Shown one piece after another: positions 30,466-39,997 of a stretch of DNA of 64,000 nucleotides (positions are counted from its first letter, which is position 1; each line of letters opens with the position of its first letter). The translations under genes and the position numbers were made by a program. Source of the DNA: an uncultured Thermoprotei archaeon (lineage in GTDB: Archaea; Thermoproteota; Thermoprotei; Thermofilales; B15-G2). Where the stretch lies: positions 1-64,000 of the forward strand of contig CBDUKN010000006.1 in the NCBI GenBank assembly GCA_965367815.1, read 5' to 3'. The notes beneath the pieces were generated by a model. It saw only the letters and a program-made list of their open reading frames with translations. It was not told the origin of the DNA and searched no databases.

Positions 30466-30726
30466 GTGAACTTAGTTCTATTAGGCCTACTGCTCGTCAT
30501 AATAGGTATTGTAGCGTGTATAGTCGGAATGCTAGTCTTCTTCATTGAGGCGGCTAGGAGAGGAGAAGGCGAGAAAAAAGTAGAGGGAGGAGGTCTAATA
30601 CTAATAGGGCCTTTCCCGATAGTCTTCGGCTCTAGCACTAAGATAACCCGAATGATGATAATACTGGCTATCGTACTTATTGTAGTATTCCTTATTTTAT
30701 CTCTACTACCTTTCTTACTGTGGTGA
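30466..30726 (+). CDS. DUF131 (TIGR00304) small membrane protein
   Basis: EGGGLILIGPFPIVFGS motif. Confidence 0.85.
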   Translation: MNLVLLGLLLVIIGIVACIVGMLVFFIEAARRGEGEKKVEGGGLILIGPFPIVFGSSTKITRMMIILAIVLIVVFLILSLLPFLLW

Positions 30727-30730
30727 AAAT

Positions 30731-31027
30731 ATGAGTGTATACACTAGAGAGGAGGGAATGCCTCTTGGAATGAAGCTTTTCTTAATAGGATTTCTGCTAA
30801 TTTTCATCGGAACAATAGTGCTAATGCTCGCTTCACTTAAAGGCGGCGCAAAAGTCAGCGGAGGAGTTGTTATAGTAGTTTTTCCTTTCATACCGATTGG
30901 AGTTGCGTGGGGAGACTACGCTTCCATTATACTAACTGTACTCACAGTAATTGCTGTAGCGATAATGATACTTAACTTAATCCTGGTATATAGAAGAATA
31001 AAGGCCGCGGAACATTATGCTGAGTAA
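30731..31027 (+). CDS. DUF131-like small membrane protein (divergent paralog)
   Basis: SGGVVIVVFPFIPIGVAWG between TM helices. Confidence 0.65.
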   Translation: MSVYTREEGMPLGMKLFLIGFLLIFIGTIVLMLASLKGGAKVSGGVVIVVFPFIPIGVAWGDYASIILTVLTVIAVAIMILNLILVYRRIKAAEHYAE

Positions 31028-32123
31028 AGGAGCAGTACTAGAGGGTGAGAAAGACCACTACATAGTACTCAAGTTAATTAAAGTAGGTGGAATGTGCTGC
31101 GTGTATTTAGCGGAAAATTCTGCTGGAGAAAGAGTTGTAGTAAAAACTCCCGCAAGGAAAAAAGACGGCTACGACCAGCTGAGAAAAGAAAGATTAGTTA
31201 AGGAAGCTATCGTTCTCAGTAAACTGGATCACCCTAATATTGTCCGCTACATCGAGCACTGGTCTAGCGGAGGAGAAGTATTTCTTGTAGAAGAGTATGC
31301 TGGAGATAAGAGTTTAAAAGACATAATTGCGGAAAAAGGCCCCTTTTCTCCAAAACAGGCAGAAAAACTGTTCGAGGAAATACTAGATGCTTTCGCCTAT
31401 ATGCATTACAGAAATATTGTTCACGGAGATATTAAGCCTAAAAACATTTTATTTAAAGACAGCAAACCCATAGTTATAGACTTCAATTCAGCAGTAGACC
31501 TCTCTATATCGCCTGAAAGACAGCAGCACGTTATAGTAACGCCGGAGTGGGCTGCACCAGAGCAGATTTCGGAGAAAATAGTCGACACTAGAAGCGACGT
31601 ATATCAGCTGGGAGCCCTATTATTCTACATACTCACAGGCAAAAACCCTAATATGGCAGATACGGCGCTCCCTTGCGCGAGAATAAGCCAGGTCGCTCTA
31701 AAAGCTCTGAATAGAGATCCGGGTAAAAGATATCAGAATGCAGGCGAAATGACTCATGACTTAAAGAGAAAAGCATACATAGTGTTTGAGGGGCGCGAGT
31801 ACTTAATTGAAAGTATAGCTACTATAGGTAGGGCACCCGACAACGATATAGTGGTATACGACCCTAATAGGTATGTACACAGGTATCACTGCACAATAGT
31901 AGCTGAGCCAGACGGCTACTATCTTTTAGCAGGGAGATACGCTCTAATTGAAGGTAAGCTGGTTAAGCTCAGAGAAATAAAGTACAATTATCCTCACGTA
32001 GTCAGGTGGGGAGAATTTAAACCTGTTGTAACTCGAGAAAAACTTTTACCCAAAGACACTATAGCGCTCTGCTATAATCCAAGAAGAGGGCCCTACAAAA
32101 TACTCTATTTTACAATAAAGTAG
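31017..32123 (+). CDS. Hanks-type Ser/Thr protein kinase with C-terminal FHA domain
   Basis: GGMCCVY, VVK, HPNIV, HGDIKPKN, DFN, APE, DVYQLG; FHA IGR..DNDI...RYH. Confidence 0.88.
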   Translation: MLSKGAVLEGEKDHYIVLKLIKVGGMCCVYLAENSAGERVVVKTPARKKDGYDQLRKERLVKEAIVLSKLDHPNIVRYIEHWSSGGEVFLVEEYAGDKSLKDIIAEKGPFSPKQAEKLFEEILDAFAYMHYRNIVHGDIKPKNILFKDSKPIVIDFNSAVDLSISPERQQHVIVTPEWAAPEQISEKIVDTRSDVYQLGALLFYILTGKNPNMADTALPCARISQVALKALNRDPGKRYQNAGEMTHDLKRKAYIVFEGREYLIESIATIGRAPDNDIVVYDPNRYVHRYHCTIVAEPDGYYLLAGRYALIEGKLVKLREIKYNYPHVVRWGEFKPVVTREKLLPKDTIALCYNPRRGPYKILYFTIK

Positions 32124-32211
32124 TCGCTGAAGCGAAAAGTGTTTATTTAATACGGAGTCCTACTGAGTAGAGCGCCTATACTTTAAGTTTCTCGCTGGAG
32201 AAAAATTTGGT

Positions 32212-32401
32212 GTGGGGCAGAGAGAAACCAGGGTCTCAAAGAAGCTCACCAAAGAACTCAACTACAGTACACTGCTGTACACTTATTCTCAGCCTCTACT
32301 CAAGGAACTTGAGCGTTTAGCAAGAATAGGCTACTATCGTAGCCGCGCTAATAATTCTTAAAGAGACAGTCTTATAGCAGTGGAGAGACCTAAGGCGCTA
32401 G
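32212..32401 (+). pseudogene. Remnant of a ribbon-helix-helix (CopG-like) gene
   Basis: YSQPLLKELERLARIGYYRSRA resembles the L..LE.LV..G.Y.SR motif of the RHH at 58181-58405; a frameshift and stop follow. Confidence 0.35.
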
Positions 32402-32439
32402 TTGCGTAAAGCCTATATATTGACTAAGGTTTTGGTCAC

Positions 32440-33531
32440 GTGGCTTTCCTTGAAGTCAAAAATGTTTTCAAAAACTACGGAAGCATAAGGGCTTTGAGGG
32501 GGGTTAGTCTTAGTGTTGATGAAGGAGAATACTTATGTATTCTCGGCCCTACTGGGGCGGGTAAAACTACTTTACTTAAAATTATTGCTGGTTTGCTTAA
32601 ACCTGATCGCGGTAGAGTTTTCATAGAGGGTTTTGATGTAACTGACCTTCCACCGGAGCTGAGAAATGTCAGCTACATGCCTCAAGGTTACGCGCTTTTC
32701 CCTCATATGAGTGTGTGGGATAATGTAACCTATGGTCTTAGAGTGAGAGGCCTTCCGCTAGATAGAGCTGAAGAAGCTTTAAAAATCGTAGGCTTATATC
32801 ACAGAAGATTTTCTAGAGTATACGAGCTCTCTGGCGGCCAGCAGCAGAGAGTAGCTCTTGCTAGAGCTATTGCAGCTGAAGCAAAACTGCTTCTTCTCGA
32901 CGAGCCTTTAAGCGCGCTAGACGCTCTACTAAACCTCGAGCTCAGACACGAGCTTAGAAGACTAGCTAAAGATCTTGGCTTAACAGTTCTCCACGTCACA
33001 CACAATACAGAAGAAGCTCTCAGTATAGCTGATAGAGTAGTTGTACTAAGGAGCGGCCTTATTCAGCAAGTGGGCCGTCCTGAAGAAATCTACATGAAGC
33101 CGTCTAATATCTTCACGGCTAGCTTCCTTTCTGAAGTAAATGTTTTCGAAGGAATTCTCGAGAGGACGGAGCCGGAGGCCATAGTAAATACTCGTGAGTT
33201 AGGAAAGCTCACCATCAAAAATGTGCCAGAAGGCTATCCGCACTTAGTTATAGTATACAGGCCTGAAGACGTATATGTTTCAAGAAGACTTCCAGCGTCC
33301 AAAGTAAACGTTTTCCCTGGACATGTGAGGCACGTAGAGTTTCTAGGACTTTTCTCTAGAGTACGAATAACCTCCGGAAACACTGAGATTATAGCAGATC
33401 TCTGGAGCACTACTGCAGAAGAACTGAAGAAAGGCGATAAAGTGTACGTATACTTCGACCCTAAGCTAGCTCTCGTATACCCGTACCCAAGTGGGGGTCT
33501 TCAAGTAGAGCTTTTCGGAGGAGGTGAGTGA
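32440..33531 (+). CDS. ABC importer ATP-binding subunit 1 (PotA/CysA-like, TOBE)
   Basis: GPTGAGKT, ALFPHM, LSGGQQQR, LLDEP, VTH, C-terminal TOBE. Confidence 0.93.
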   Translation: MAFLEVKNVFKNYGSIRALRGVSLSVDEGEYLCILGPTGAGKTTLLKIIAGLLKPDRGRVFIEGFDVTDLPPELRNVSYMPQGYALFPHMSVWDNVTYGLRVRGLPLDRAEEALKIVGLYHRRFSRVYELSGGQQQRVALARAIAAEAKLLLLDEPLSALDALLNLELRHELRRLAKDLGLTVLHVTHNTEEALSIADRVVVLRSGLIQQVGRPEEIYMKPSNIFTASFLSEVNVFEGILERTEPEAIVNTRELGKLTIKNVPEGYPHLVIVYRPEDVYVSRRLPASKVNVFPGHVRHVEFLGLFSRVRITSGNTEIIADLWSTTAEELKKGDKVYVYFDPKLALVYPYPSGGLQVELFGGGE

Positions 33532-34607
33532 GCATGTCGACAGTTGAAGTAGTTAATGTAACAAAGAGATACGGTAACATAATTGCTTTAGATAGCGTTT
33601 CGCTAAAAGTAGAGAAAGGGGAATATGTATGTATTCTAGGGCCCAGCGGAAGCGGCAAAAGCACATTGCTCAAAGTGATAGCCGGTATAGTTGAGCCAGA
33701 TGAAGGTGAAGTCTATATTAACGGCAAACCCATGAGAGGAGTTCCTCTAAGAGAAAGAAACATAGGTATCGTAATGCAGGACATACTTCTTTTCCCCCAC
33801 ATGACTGTATGGGACAATGTTACGTACGGACCTCTCGTTAAGGCTGTAGCAAACTATGAAGAAGTCTGCGAAGAACTTGTGCTATCTATGGGCCTTAAAC
33901 TTAGAAGAAAAGCTATGCCTTCTGAGCTGAGCAGAGGTGCTCAGCAAAAAGTAGCTATAGCTAGGGCAGTTGCTGCGGGAGCAAGACTTCTGTTGCTAGA
34001 TGAGCCTTTAGGGTCAATAGACCAGAGAGCAGCTAAAGCTCTCAGAGTAGAGCTAAGAGAACTTGTAAAAGAGCTCGGACTGACAGCTATACATGTTACA
34101 CATAATCAAGAAGAGGCAATGAGTATAGCCGATAAGATAGTCATTTTGAGGAGAGGCAGAGTAGAGCAAGTAGGTACACCTAAAGAAATTTACGAGAAGC
34201 CTGCGTCACTTTTCGTAGTCAGGTTTATTGGAGGTGAAGCCAACTTCATCGAAGGAGTTGTACTCGAAGAAGAGCCTTTTACAGTAGACTTAGGCTTCAC
34301 TAAGCTGAGCTTAAAGATAGAGAAAAAGTTCAGTAAAGGCGACAAAGTAGTTGTAGCATTTAGACCCGAGCACGCAACAGTCCATAGTAGCCGGGGATCT
34401 ATTGAAGCCAGAGCACTCGAAGTAAGTTTTGTGGGAAAATACTACAGAGTTTTTGTCGAAGTAGATGGAGCGAACTTGATAATTAAGGTACCGCGCAGAG
34501 AAGGTATGTGGATTAAAGAGGGGTCTAGAGTATATTTAGATATAAATAAGGCTTTTGTATTCAAATATCCTATAGAGGGATTGGAAAAGGCGATAGCATA
34601 TGAGTAA
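33528..34607 (+). CDS. ABC importer ATP-binding subunit 2 (degenerate signature)
   Basis: GPSGSGKST, LFPHM, LSRGAQQK in place of LSGGQ, LLDEP, VTH. Confidence 0.92.
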   Translation: MSMSTVEVVNVTKRYGNIIALDSVSLKVEKGEYVCILGPSGSGKSTLLKVIAGIVEPDEGEVYINGKPMRGVPLRERNIGIVMQDILLFPHMTVWDNVTYGPLVKAVANYEEVCEELVLSMGLKLRRKAMPSELSRGAQQKVAIARAVAAGARLLLLDEPLGSIDQRAAKALRVELRELVKELGLTAIHVTHNQEEAMSIADKIVILRRGRVEQVGTPKEIYEKPASLFVVRFIGGEANFIEGVVLEEEPFTVDLGFTKLSLKIEKKFSKGDKVVVAFRPEHATVHSSRGSIEARALEVSFVGKYYRVFVEVDGANLIIKVPRREGMWIKEGSRVYLDINKAFVFKYPIEGLEKAIAYE

Positions 34608-35265
34608 GCTGGCCAGATGGTTTAAGACTAGCAGGGAGAAAGAAGTGCGCGAAAAAGTTTTGAGGCATGCTGAGCTTGTAGAGGAGACAGCTAAGTACTT
34701 AGTAGATTTTATTGTTAAGTGGATTAAAGAAAATGAAATAGACGAAGCCTTATTTACGGTAATTCATAACAAGGAGCACGAAGCAGATATCGTTAGGCGT
34801 GATGTGCTGAGAATTCTTGCGGCAAGTACTGCTTTAGAGCCACATGTGCGTGTACATTTAGCTAGAATAGTTAGACAAATAGACTGGGTCGCAGACTGGT
34901 GTCTTGAAAGTGCGAGGCTTATAATAGCTCTAGCCTCCGTCAAAGTGAGTTCGGAAATAGTTGATAGTATACTGGCTATGCTCAATGAAGTATACTCTAC
35001 TGTAAAGGCTACTCGAGACTGCATAAAGGCTATGTTTGAAGATCCCTTTGAAACACTCAATCTATGTGATGAAGTAGAGAAACTTGAAGAAAAAGTAGAC
35101 GACTTGTATCAAACTTTTAGAAAACTTTTCAGCGAAAAGTGCTCAGAGATACCTACTTCAAAAGCTCTTCTCTTCTTCCACGCTATCGACGCTATAGAAA
35201 TGATGACTGATAAGTGCGAAGATACCTGCGATAACATAAGAGAATACGTAGTGTCGTCAGCCTAA
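34600..35265 (+). CDS. DUF47 (PhoU-like, TIGR00153) protein
   Basis: Duplicated helical motifs E.EAD..RR / D.VAD and LEEKVD / E..TD.CED..D. Confidence 0.85.
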   Translation: MSKLARWFKTSREKEVREKVLRHAELVEETAKYLVDFIVKWIKENEIDEALFTVIHNKEHEADIVRRDVLRILAASTALEPHVRVHLARIVRQIDWVADWCLESARLIIALASVKVSSEIVDSILAMLNEVYSTVKATRDCIKAMFEDPFETLNLCDEVEKLEEKVDDLYQTFRKLFSEKCSEIPTSKALLFFHAIDAIEMMTDKCEDTCDNIREYVVSSA

Positions 35266-35312
35266 ACATTTTTACTCAAAAATTTTAAGAATAGGATTCG
35301 TTACTAGACTCG

Positions 35313-36443
35313 ATGGGCTTAATTCCTAAACGAGGCTATTTTCTATTAGCAACAGGTATTGTCATAGGGTTTCTGGTAAACATAGCGCTCATGAGTTTCT
35401 ACGGGTTCGGCGAAGGAAGCAGACAAATAACCGGAGTACCTAAAAAAATTGAAATAGTTTTCCTTTTTTCTAGCGAAAAAAGCAGCTGGCTAGAGGAAGT
35501 AACGCCTCTTTTTGAAGAATGGTTTAAAGAGAAATACGGTATTGAAATTAAAGTCAAGTTAATTGCCGCAGGAACTCACGAAACAATAAATATGATGATG
35601 CAGGGAAGCGTTAGGCCAACAATATGGAGTCCTGCATCAAGTATATGGGTGCCTTACTTCAACATGCTCTGGAAAAAGAAGTATGGTAAAGATATTGCAA
35701 CAGAGTGGGTTCCACTAGTAGTCTCACCTATAGTTATAGCTGGCTGGAAAAGTTTAGCAACAAAATACAATGTGACATGCTTCATGGACCTCTACAGATT
35801 GTCGAAAGAAGGAGTAGACTTTAAGTGGGGCCACCCCGATCCTCTTCTAAGTAACGGCGGAACAATGACCGTCTTACTCGAGTTTGCTGAAGCAGTCGGA
35901 AAGCCTCCAAGTGAGCTCACTGTAGAAGATCTCCTCAACGAAACTGTGCTCGAAATAGTGAGGACTATAGAAAGCCACGCAGTTTTCTACGGAAAAAGTA
36001 CAGGTTTCTTCGGAACGTGGGCTGCGGACAATGGACCGAGCGCTATAACGTTCTTTGGAGTCTACGAGAACATAGTCATAGATAACGCGCTCAGAGCCGA
36101 GAAAAAGTGGGGAGATAGACTTGTAGCCATATACCCTAAGTACGGAACACTACTAAGCGACCACCCCTTTGTAATACTTGACGCAGAGTGGGTCGACTAC
36201 TGGCAGAGATTTGCTGCATCACAGTACTTAATTTTCTTGCTTCAGCCCGAAATACAGAAGCTCGCAATGAAGCACGGCTTTAGGCCTGCGAACATGCTGG
36301 TTCCCTTAGACCCGATGATATTTAATGAGAAAAACGGTGTATCTTATAAAATACCTGTAAAAGTATTTGAGCCTCCGCGAGGCGAAGTAATGGAGGCGTT
36401 ATTCAAAGTATGGGAGAAAGTCAAGAACCCTGGAGCCGGATAG
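35313..36443 (+). CDS. Extracellular solute-binding protein (SBP_bac_11-like, type usually fused to vWA domains)
   Basis: N-terminal TM; SSEK, IWSPASS, VVSPIVIA, HPDP..SNGG, YEN, IYP..GT..SDHP, QPEIQ.LA...GFRP. Confidence 0.8.
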   Translation: MGLIPKRGYFLLATGIVIGFLVNIALMSFYGFGEGSRQITGVPKKIEIVFLFSSEKSSWLEEVTPLFEEWFKEKYGIEIKVKLIAAGTHETINMMMQGSVRPTIWSPASSIWVPYFNMLWKKKYGKDIATEWVPLVVSPIVIAGWKSLATKYNVTCFMDLYRLSKEGVDFKWGHPDPLLSNGGTMTVLLEFAEAVGKPPSELTVEDLLNETVLEIVRTIESHAVFYGKSTGFFGTWAADNGPSAITFFGVYENIVIDNALRAEKKWGDRLVAIYPKYGTLLSDHPFVILDAEWVDYWQRFAASQYLIFLLQPEIQKLAMKHGFRPANMLVPLDPMIFNEKNGVSYKIPVKVFEPPRGEVMEALFKVWEKVKNPGAG

Positions 36444-36532
36444 AGACAGACAGTATTTACTAGTAAATACCGGGATTTAGATAATGTAGACTCTAAAGGC
36501 AAATTTTAATAATTTGAATAAATTAGCTTTTC

Positions 36533-38200
36533 GTGCGATACTTTCAGAGCAAGCTAATTCAAGGGCTAGCTCTGCTGACTATAGTAGTTTTCGTGCTTTT
36601 TCCACCCTTCTACCTGTTTACATTCATTGTAGTCAACTGGAAGGAAGTCTATACAGAAATATTTAATCACCCGCTAATAGGCAGCACGTACCTCTACTAT
36701 ATTATAAGATACCTTCTATTTTCGCTGAAACTAGCATTAACCACGCTCGCAGTAGACCTTGTTCTAGGCATACCGCTAGCCTACCTGCTTGTTAAAAAGA
36801 AGTTCCCTGGGAAAAGTATTGTAGAAAACCTTGTTCTACTGCCGCTAGTAATACCTACATCGGGTTTCGGCTTCGCTACGCTAATCGCATGGACTGCAGT
36901 AGAGAGTATTCCTGTGCTATTAGGCTTTAGAATAGGAGTAGATACGCTAGTTCCGGTAGTCAATATACCTGCACTAATGCTTATTGTCCATGTAACTCTG
37001 ACATTCCCCTATATAGTGAAAACAGTATCTGCTTCACTAGTAGACCTTCAGAGAGGATACGAGATCGTTTCAGAGTCTCTCGGTGCCTCGCCTCTAACGA
37101 CTTTCCGGAAAGTAGTCTTTCCGCTTATTTTGCCGGGTGTTTTCTCTGGCTCTGTACTGGCTTTTGCGAGGTCTCTTGGTGAAACGGGAGCCACGATGGT
37201 TGTTGCTGGAGTAACTACTACTGCGTCAATAGCTATAGTTAAGTGGGAGCTTGAAGGTAAGTTAGCGCCAGCTGCTTTTCTAGGAGCACTCCTAGTTGCG
37301 ACGGCTTTACTCATGATTCTTCCAGTAGAGTATTTAGTAGAAAAGAGAAGAAGCATTAGAGGATTCAGAGTGCCTAAGAAACTAGAGTTCAAAATTATTC
37401 TAGCTGAGCGAAAAATCTTGAGCAAACTCTCGGTACTCAAAGATGCCGCATCAATATTCTTTCTCTTCACAGTAGTAGTCATGCCCATAATATCACTGAT
37501 CATACTAACTGTCAAGTACTGGAGTAGAGATCCTTACACAGGGAGGATCGAAGGAAGTATACTGTACCAGCTTTTCGGACCTTCAAACTACTACTCGTTA
37601 ATAGTCAAGGCTATGACTACTTCCTTAATTGCAGCGACAGCAGCTACTCTTATTTCGCTTTACTTAGCAGTAGTCACGATAATGGCTATTAAGAAGACGA
37701 GACTGGGGAAAGTAATACGGGCTCTTCTTAAAATACCTCTAGTAGTTCCTACAAGCGCGCTGGGCCTCTCAATGGTTCTCTTGTGGGGTCCGCTGGGCCT
37801 AAATGTGCTAAAGCCCAGTATATGGCTGATAATACTCACTCATATAGTGTTCTCCGTGCCAGTAATAGTTGAAACAGGGCTGGCTTCCTACGAGGAACTC
37901 GAAGTAGAGCTCTATGAGGAGACAGCTCGGACCCTCGGAGCAAATCCCTACGATGTCTTAGAGACAGTATCTATACCTATGATAAAGAGAGGGCTTATAG
38001 CTGGAGGACTCTTAGCTTTTACTCACTCACTTGGGGAAACAGGAGCGACATTTCTCGTTATGGGAGACCATATAACAATATCTACTCTTGTAGTAAACTT
38101 AGTAGAAGCACTTGCTATACCGACAGCGCTTTTCGCCTCTACTCTATTAATAGTACTCTCATTAATACTGCTTACTATAGCTAGCTATATTAGCAAATAA
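36533..38200 (+). CDS. Fused double ABC permease (ModB/CysTW/FbpB-like)
   Basis: Two BPD_transp units: LPLVIPTS...SLGAS...FARSLGETGAT and IPLVVPTS...RTLGA...HSLGETGAT. Confidence 0.9.
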   Translation: MRYFQSKLIQGLALLTIVVFVLFPPFYLFTFIVVNWKEVYTEIFNHPLIGSTYLYYIIRYLLFSLKLALTTLAVDLVLGIPLAYLLVKKKFPGKSIVENLVLLPLVIPTSGFGFATLIAWTAVESIPVLLGFRIGVDTLVPVVNIPALMLIVHVTLTFPYIVKTVSASLVDLQRGYEIVSESLGASPLTTFRKVVFPLILPGVFSGSVLAFARSLGETGATMVVAGVTTTASIAIVKWELEGKLAPAAFLGALLVATALLMILPVEYLVEKRRSIRGFRVPKKLEFKIILAERKILSKLSVLKDAASIFFLFTVVVMPIISLIILTVKYWSRDPYTGRIEGSILYQLFGPSNYYSLIVKAMTTSLIAATAATLISLYLAVVTIMAIKKTRLGKVIRALLKIPLVVPTSALGLSMVLLWGPLGLNVLKPSIWLIILTHIVFSVPVIVETGLASYEELEVELYEETARTLGANPYDVLETVSIPMIKRGLIAGGLLAFTHSLGETGATFLVMGDHITISTLVVNLVEALAIPTALFASTLLIVLSLILLTIASYISK

Positions 38201-38209
38201 ATAAAAATC

Positions 38210-38545
38210 TTAAATCTTACCTTGGGCTACAAGGTTCTTAAGGCTCTCGTACTCACTTTTACCAATGCTTCCTGCTACCTGCTGCCCATAGCTAGTTAAC
38301 TTTACTTCGTATCCAGACAGCTCTATCATCCAGTACTCAGCGAGTTTCTTAAATGCGGCTGCTAGTTTCTCGAGAAGTTTATCATAGTTATGTGGACGCC
38401 TGCCTTTAATCAACTCGTCGAGAATCGATTTAGCAAGGAATTTCTCTGGATCTTCTCCACCCCTACTGAAGTAGAGGGCGCCGCCGTACTCGTACCAGAG
38501 GTACGCTAAAACGAATTTCTCAGGATTAGACAGATATTCGGTCAT
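38210..38545 (-). CDS. Hypothetical protein, possible winged helix
   Basis: Likely start MTEYLSNPEK at 38545; L.KL...MIELSGYEVKLTSYG is wing-like. The longer track ORF overlaps the divergent gene. Confidence 0.65.
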   Translation of the reverse strand: MTEYLSNPEKFVLAYLWYEYGGALYFSRGGEDPEKFLAKSILDELIKGRRPHNYDKLLEKLAAAFKKLAEYWMIELSGYEVKLTSYGQQVAGSIGKSEYESLKNLVAQGKI

Positions 38546-38622
38546 GATAGTAAATAGGAGCTGATAAATATTAATTTTATCTAAACACTTTAGTATTAGG
38601 ACACATAGTGGGGAGCGTAAAT

Positions 38623-39303
38623 ATGAGAGATGAGAATAAAGTGTGGTCAATGATTCTAGATAAAATATATGAGGCTCAAAAAGAAATAATAGATAAGATA
38701 GTATCATCTATAAGTTTAGAAGAACCGTATAGTGCTCCAGTAACTACTATTCTTCACTGCTATACTAGAGCTCTCTTCGATAAAAAATATGGTCTCTATA
38801 AGCCAATACCAACAAACATAAACATGCTTCTAGGACTACTCTTCGACTTTACAATTAAAGTGGCTTTACAGGGCTATCCTCCGCCAGACCACTATTACGT
38901 TAAAGAATTCGTCGACGGCGGGGGAGTGAAGTATAAGATTCACGCAGGCCCTGATGTAGTTCTCGACGATGAAGTCGTCGAGCTAAAGTATACTTCGATG
39001 CCTTTAGATAAAATACCGTTAGAGCACCATGAGCTTCAGCTCAAAATATACATGAATATTCTCGGTAAAAACGGAAGGCTCGTTTACTTGACGCCCTACG
39101 GCGTGAGAGAAATATATTATTCTGCTGAAGAAGCTCTTTCAGACGAAGAAGTAGCTAAAATTGCGAGAGAATTCTTTATTGAGAAAAAGTCTCCGCGATA
39201 CGAGTGGGAATGCCAGTACTGCCTATATAAGTCCCTCTGTCCTCTTGCGTGGAAGAAGACTGAAGAAGAGAAAGAAGTTAGTGCAGAACAAGAGGAAAGC
39301 TAG
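38623..39303 (+). CDS. Solo Cas4-like PD-(D/E)XK nuclease with 4Fe-4S motif
   Basis: HCYTR (first Cys), PD...VVELK, QL.IY, C-terminal WECQYCLYKSLC. Confidence 0.78.
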   Translation: MRDENKVWSMILDKIYEAQKEIIDKIVSSISLEEPYSAPVTTILHCYTRALFDKKYGLYKPIPTNINMLLGLLFDFTIKVALQGYPPPDHYYVKEFVDGGGVKYKIHAGPDVVLDDEVVELKYTSMPLDKIPLEHHELQLKIYMNILGKNGRLVYLTPYGVREIYYSAEEALSDEEVAKIAREFFIEKKSPRYEWECQYCLYKSLCPLAWKKTEEEKEVSAEQEES

Positions 39304-39997
39304 TTTTCTCTAGCGGCGTCAAGTCGCGCCACACTTCTATGTAGTTTTCTTCGAGTACTGCGTAGTGCTGGCTCTTCTGAGAAGAATCTACTCTGAGGTA
39401 CATTATGTTGTTTATTCTACTTAAAGTATAGCCCTGGTCTATGTGTATGTGGCCGTTGACCACGAGGCGTGGTGCAGCAATTTTTATTGCTTCAACTACG
39501 GCGCTCAAGTAGCTTGGAAATCTTATTAAGCCTCTGTACTCTGGCAAAGGGACGGTTTCGTGGATCAGTAGTAAGTCTACTTTCTTTTCAGCTAGACAGT
39601 ATGCTGCTTCTACGAATTCCTCGGGTCTTTTACGCGGGACACCTTTCTTCGATTTCCTCCTCAAGGCAATGATGCCATTTATTCCGCCAATCTTTATTCC
39701 ATTAAACTCGACTACTTCACAGTCCTGTAAAAGCACTGGAGTCCCATCACGGTTTTTAAGTTCTGATAGTACTTTGAGGTTTTCGTGGTTTCCGTAAATA
39801 GTGTAGACTTTCGTTTTAGATAAGAGCTCCTTGAATTCCTGCGTGTTTATGGCAGAGCCCCAGTCTCCGCAGCCTACTATAAGGTCTGGTTTATGGTAAT
39901 CTACTATCGATAAGAGCCAGTTCCAGGCTTCAGTGTCTTCTGGGTCTTCAGCGCCTTCTTTCTCGTAGTGTATATCTGATACAGCTAGTATCTTCAA
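39278..39997 (-). CDS. Calcineurin-like metallophosphoesterase
   Basis: DIH, GD, GNHE, H, GHIH. Confidence 0.9.
   Translation of the reverse strand: MKILAVSDIHYEKEGAEDPEDTEAWNWLLSIVDYHKPDLIVGCGDWGSAINTQEFKELLSKTKVYTIYGNHENLKVLSELKNRDGTPVLLQDCEVVEFNGIKIGGINGIIALRRKSKKGVPRKRPEEFVEAAYCLAEKKVDLLLIHETVPLPEYRGLIRFPSYLSAVVEAIKIAAPRLVVNGHIHIDQGYTLSRINNIMYLRVDSSQKSQHYAVLEENYIEVWRDLTPLEKTSFPLVLH

Noticed and set aside
32151-32160. TACGGAGTCC shared with the padR/CPBP intergenic region (about 27312)
   Set aside because: A single 10-mer match whose palindrome is incomplete here; could be chance.
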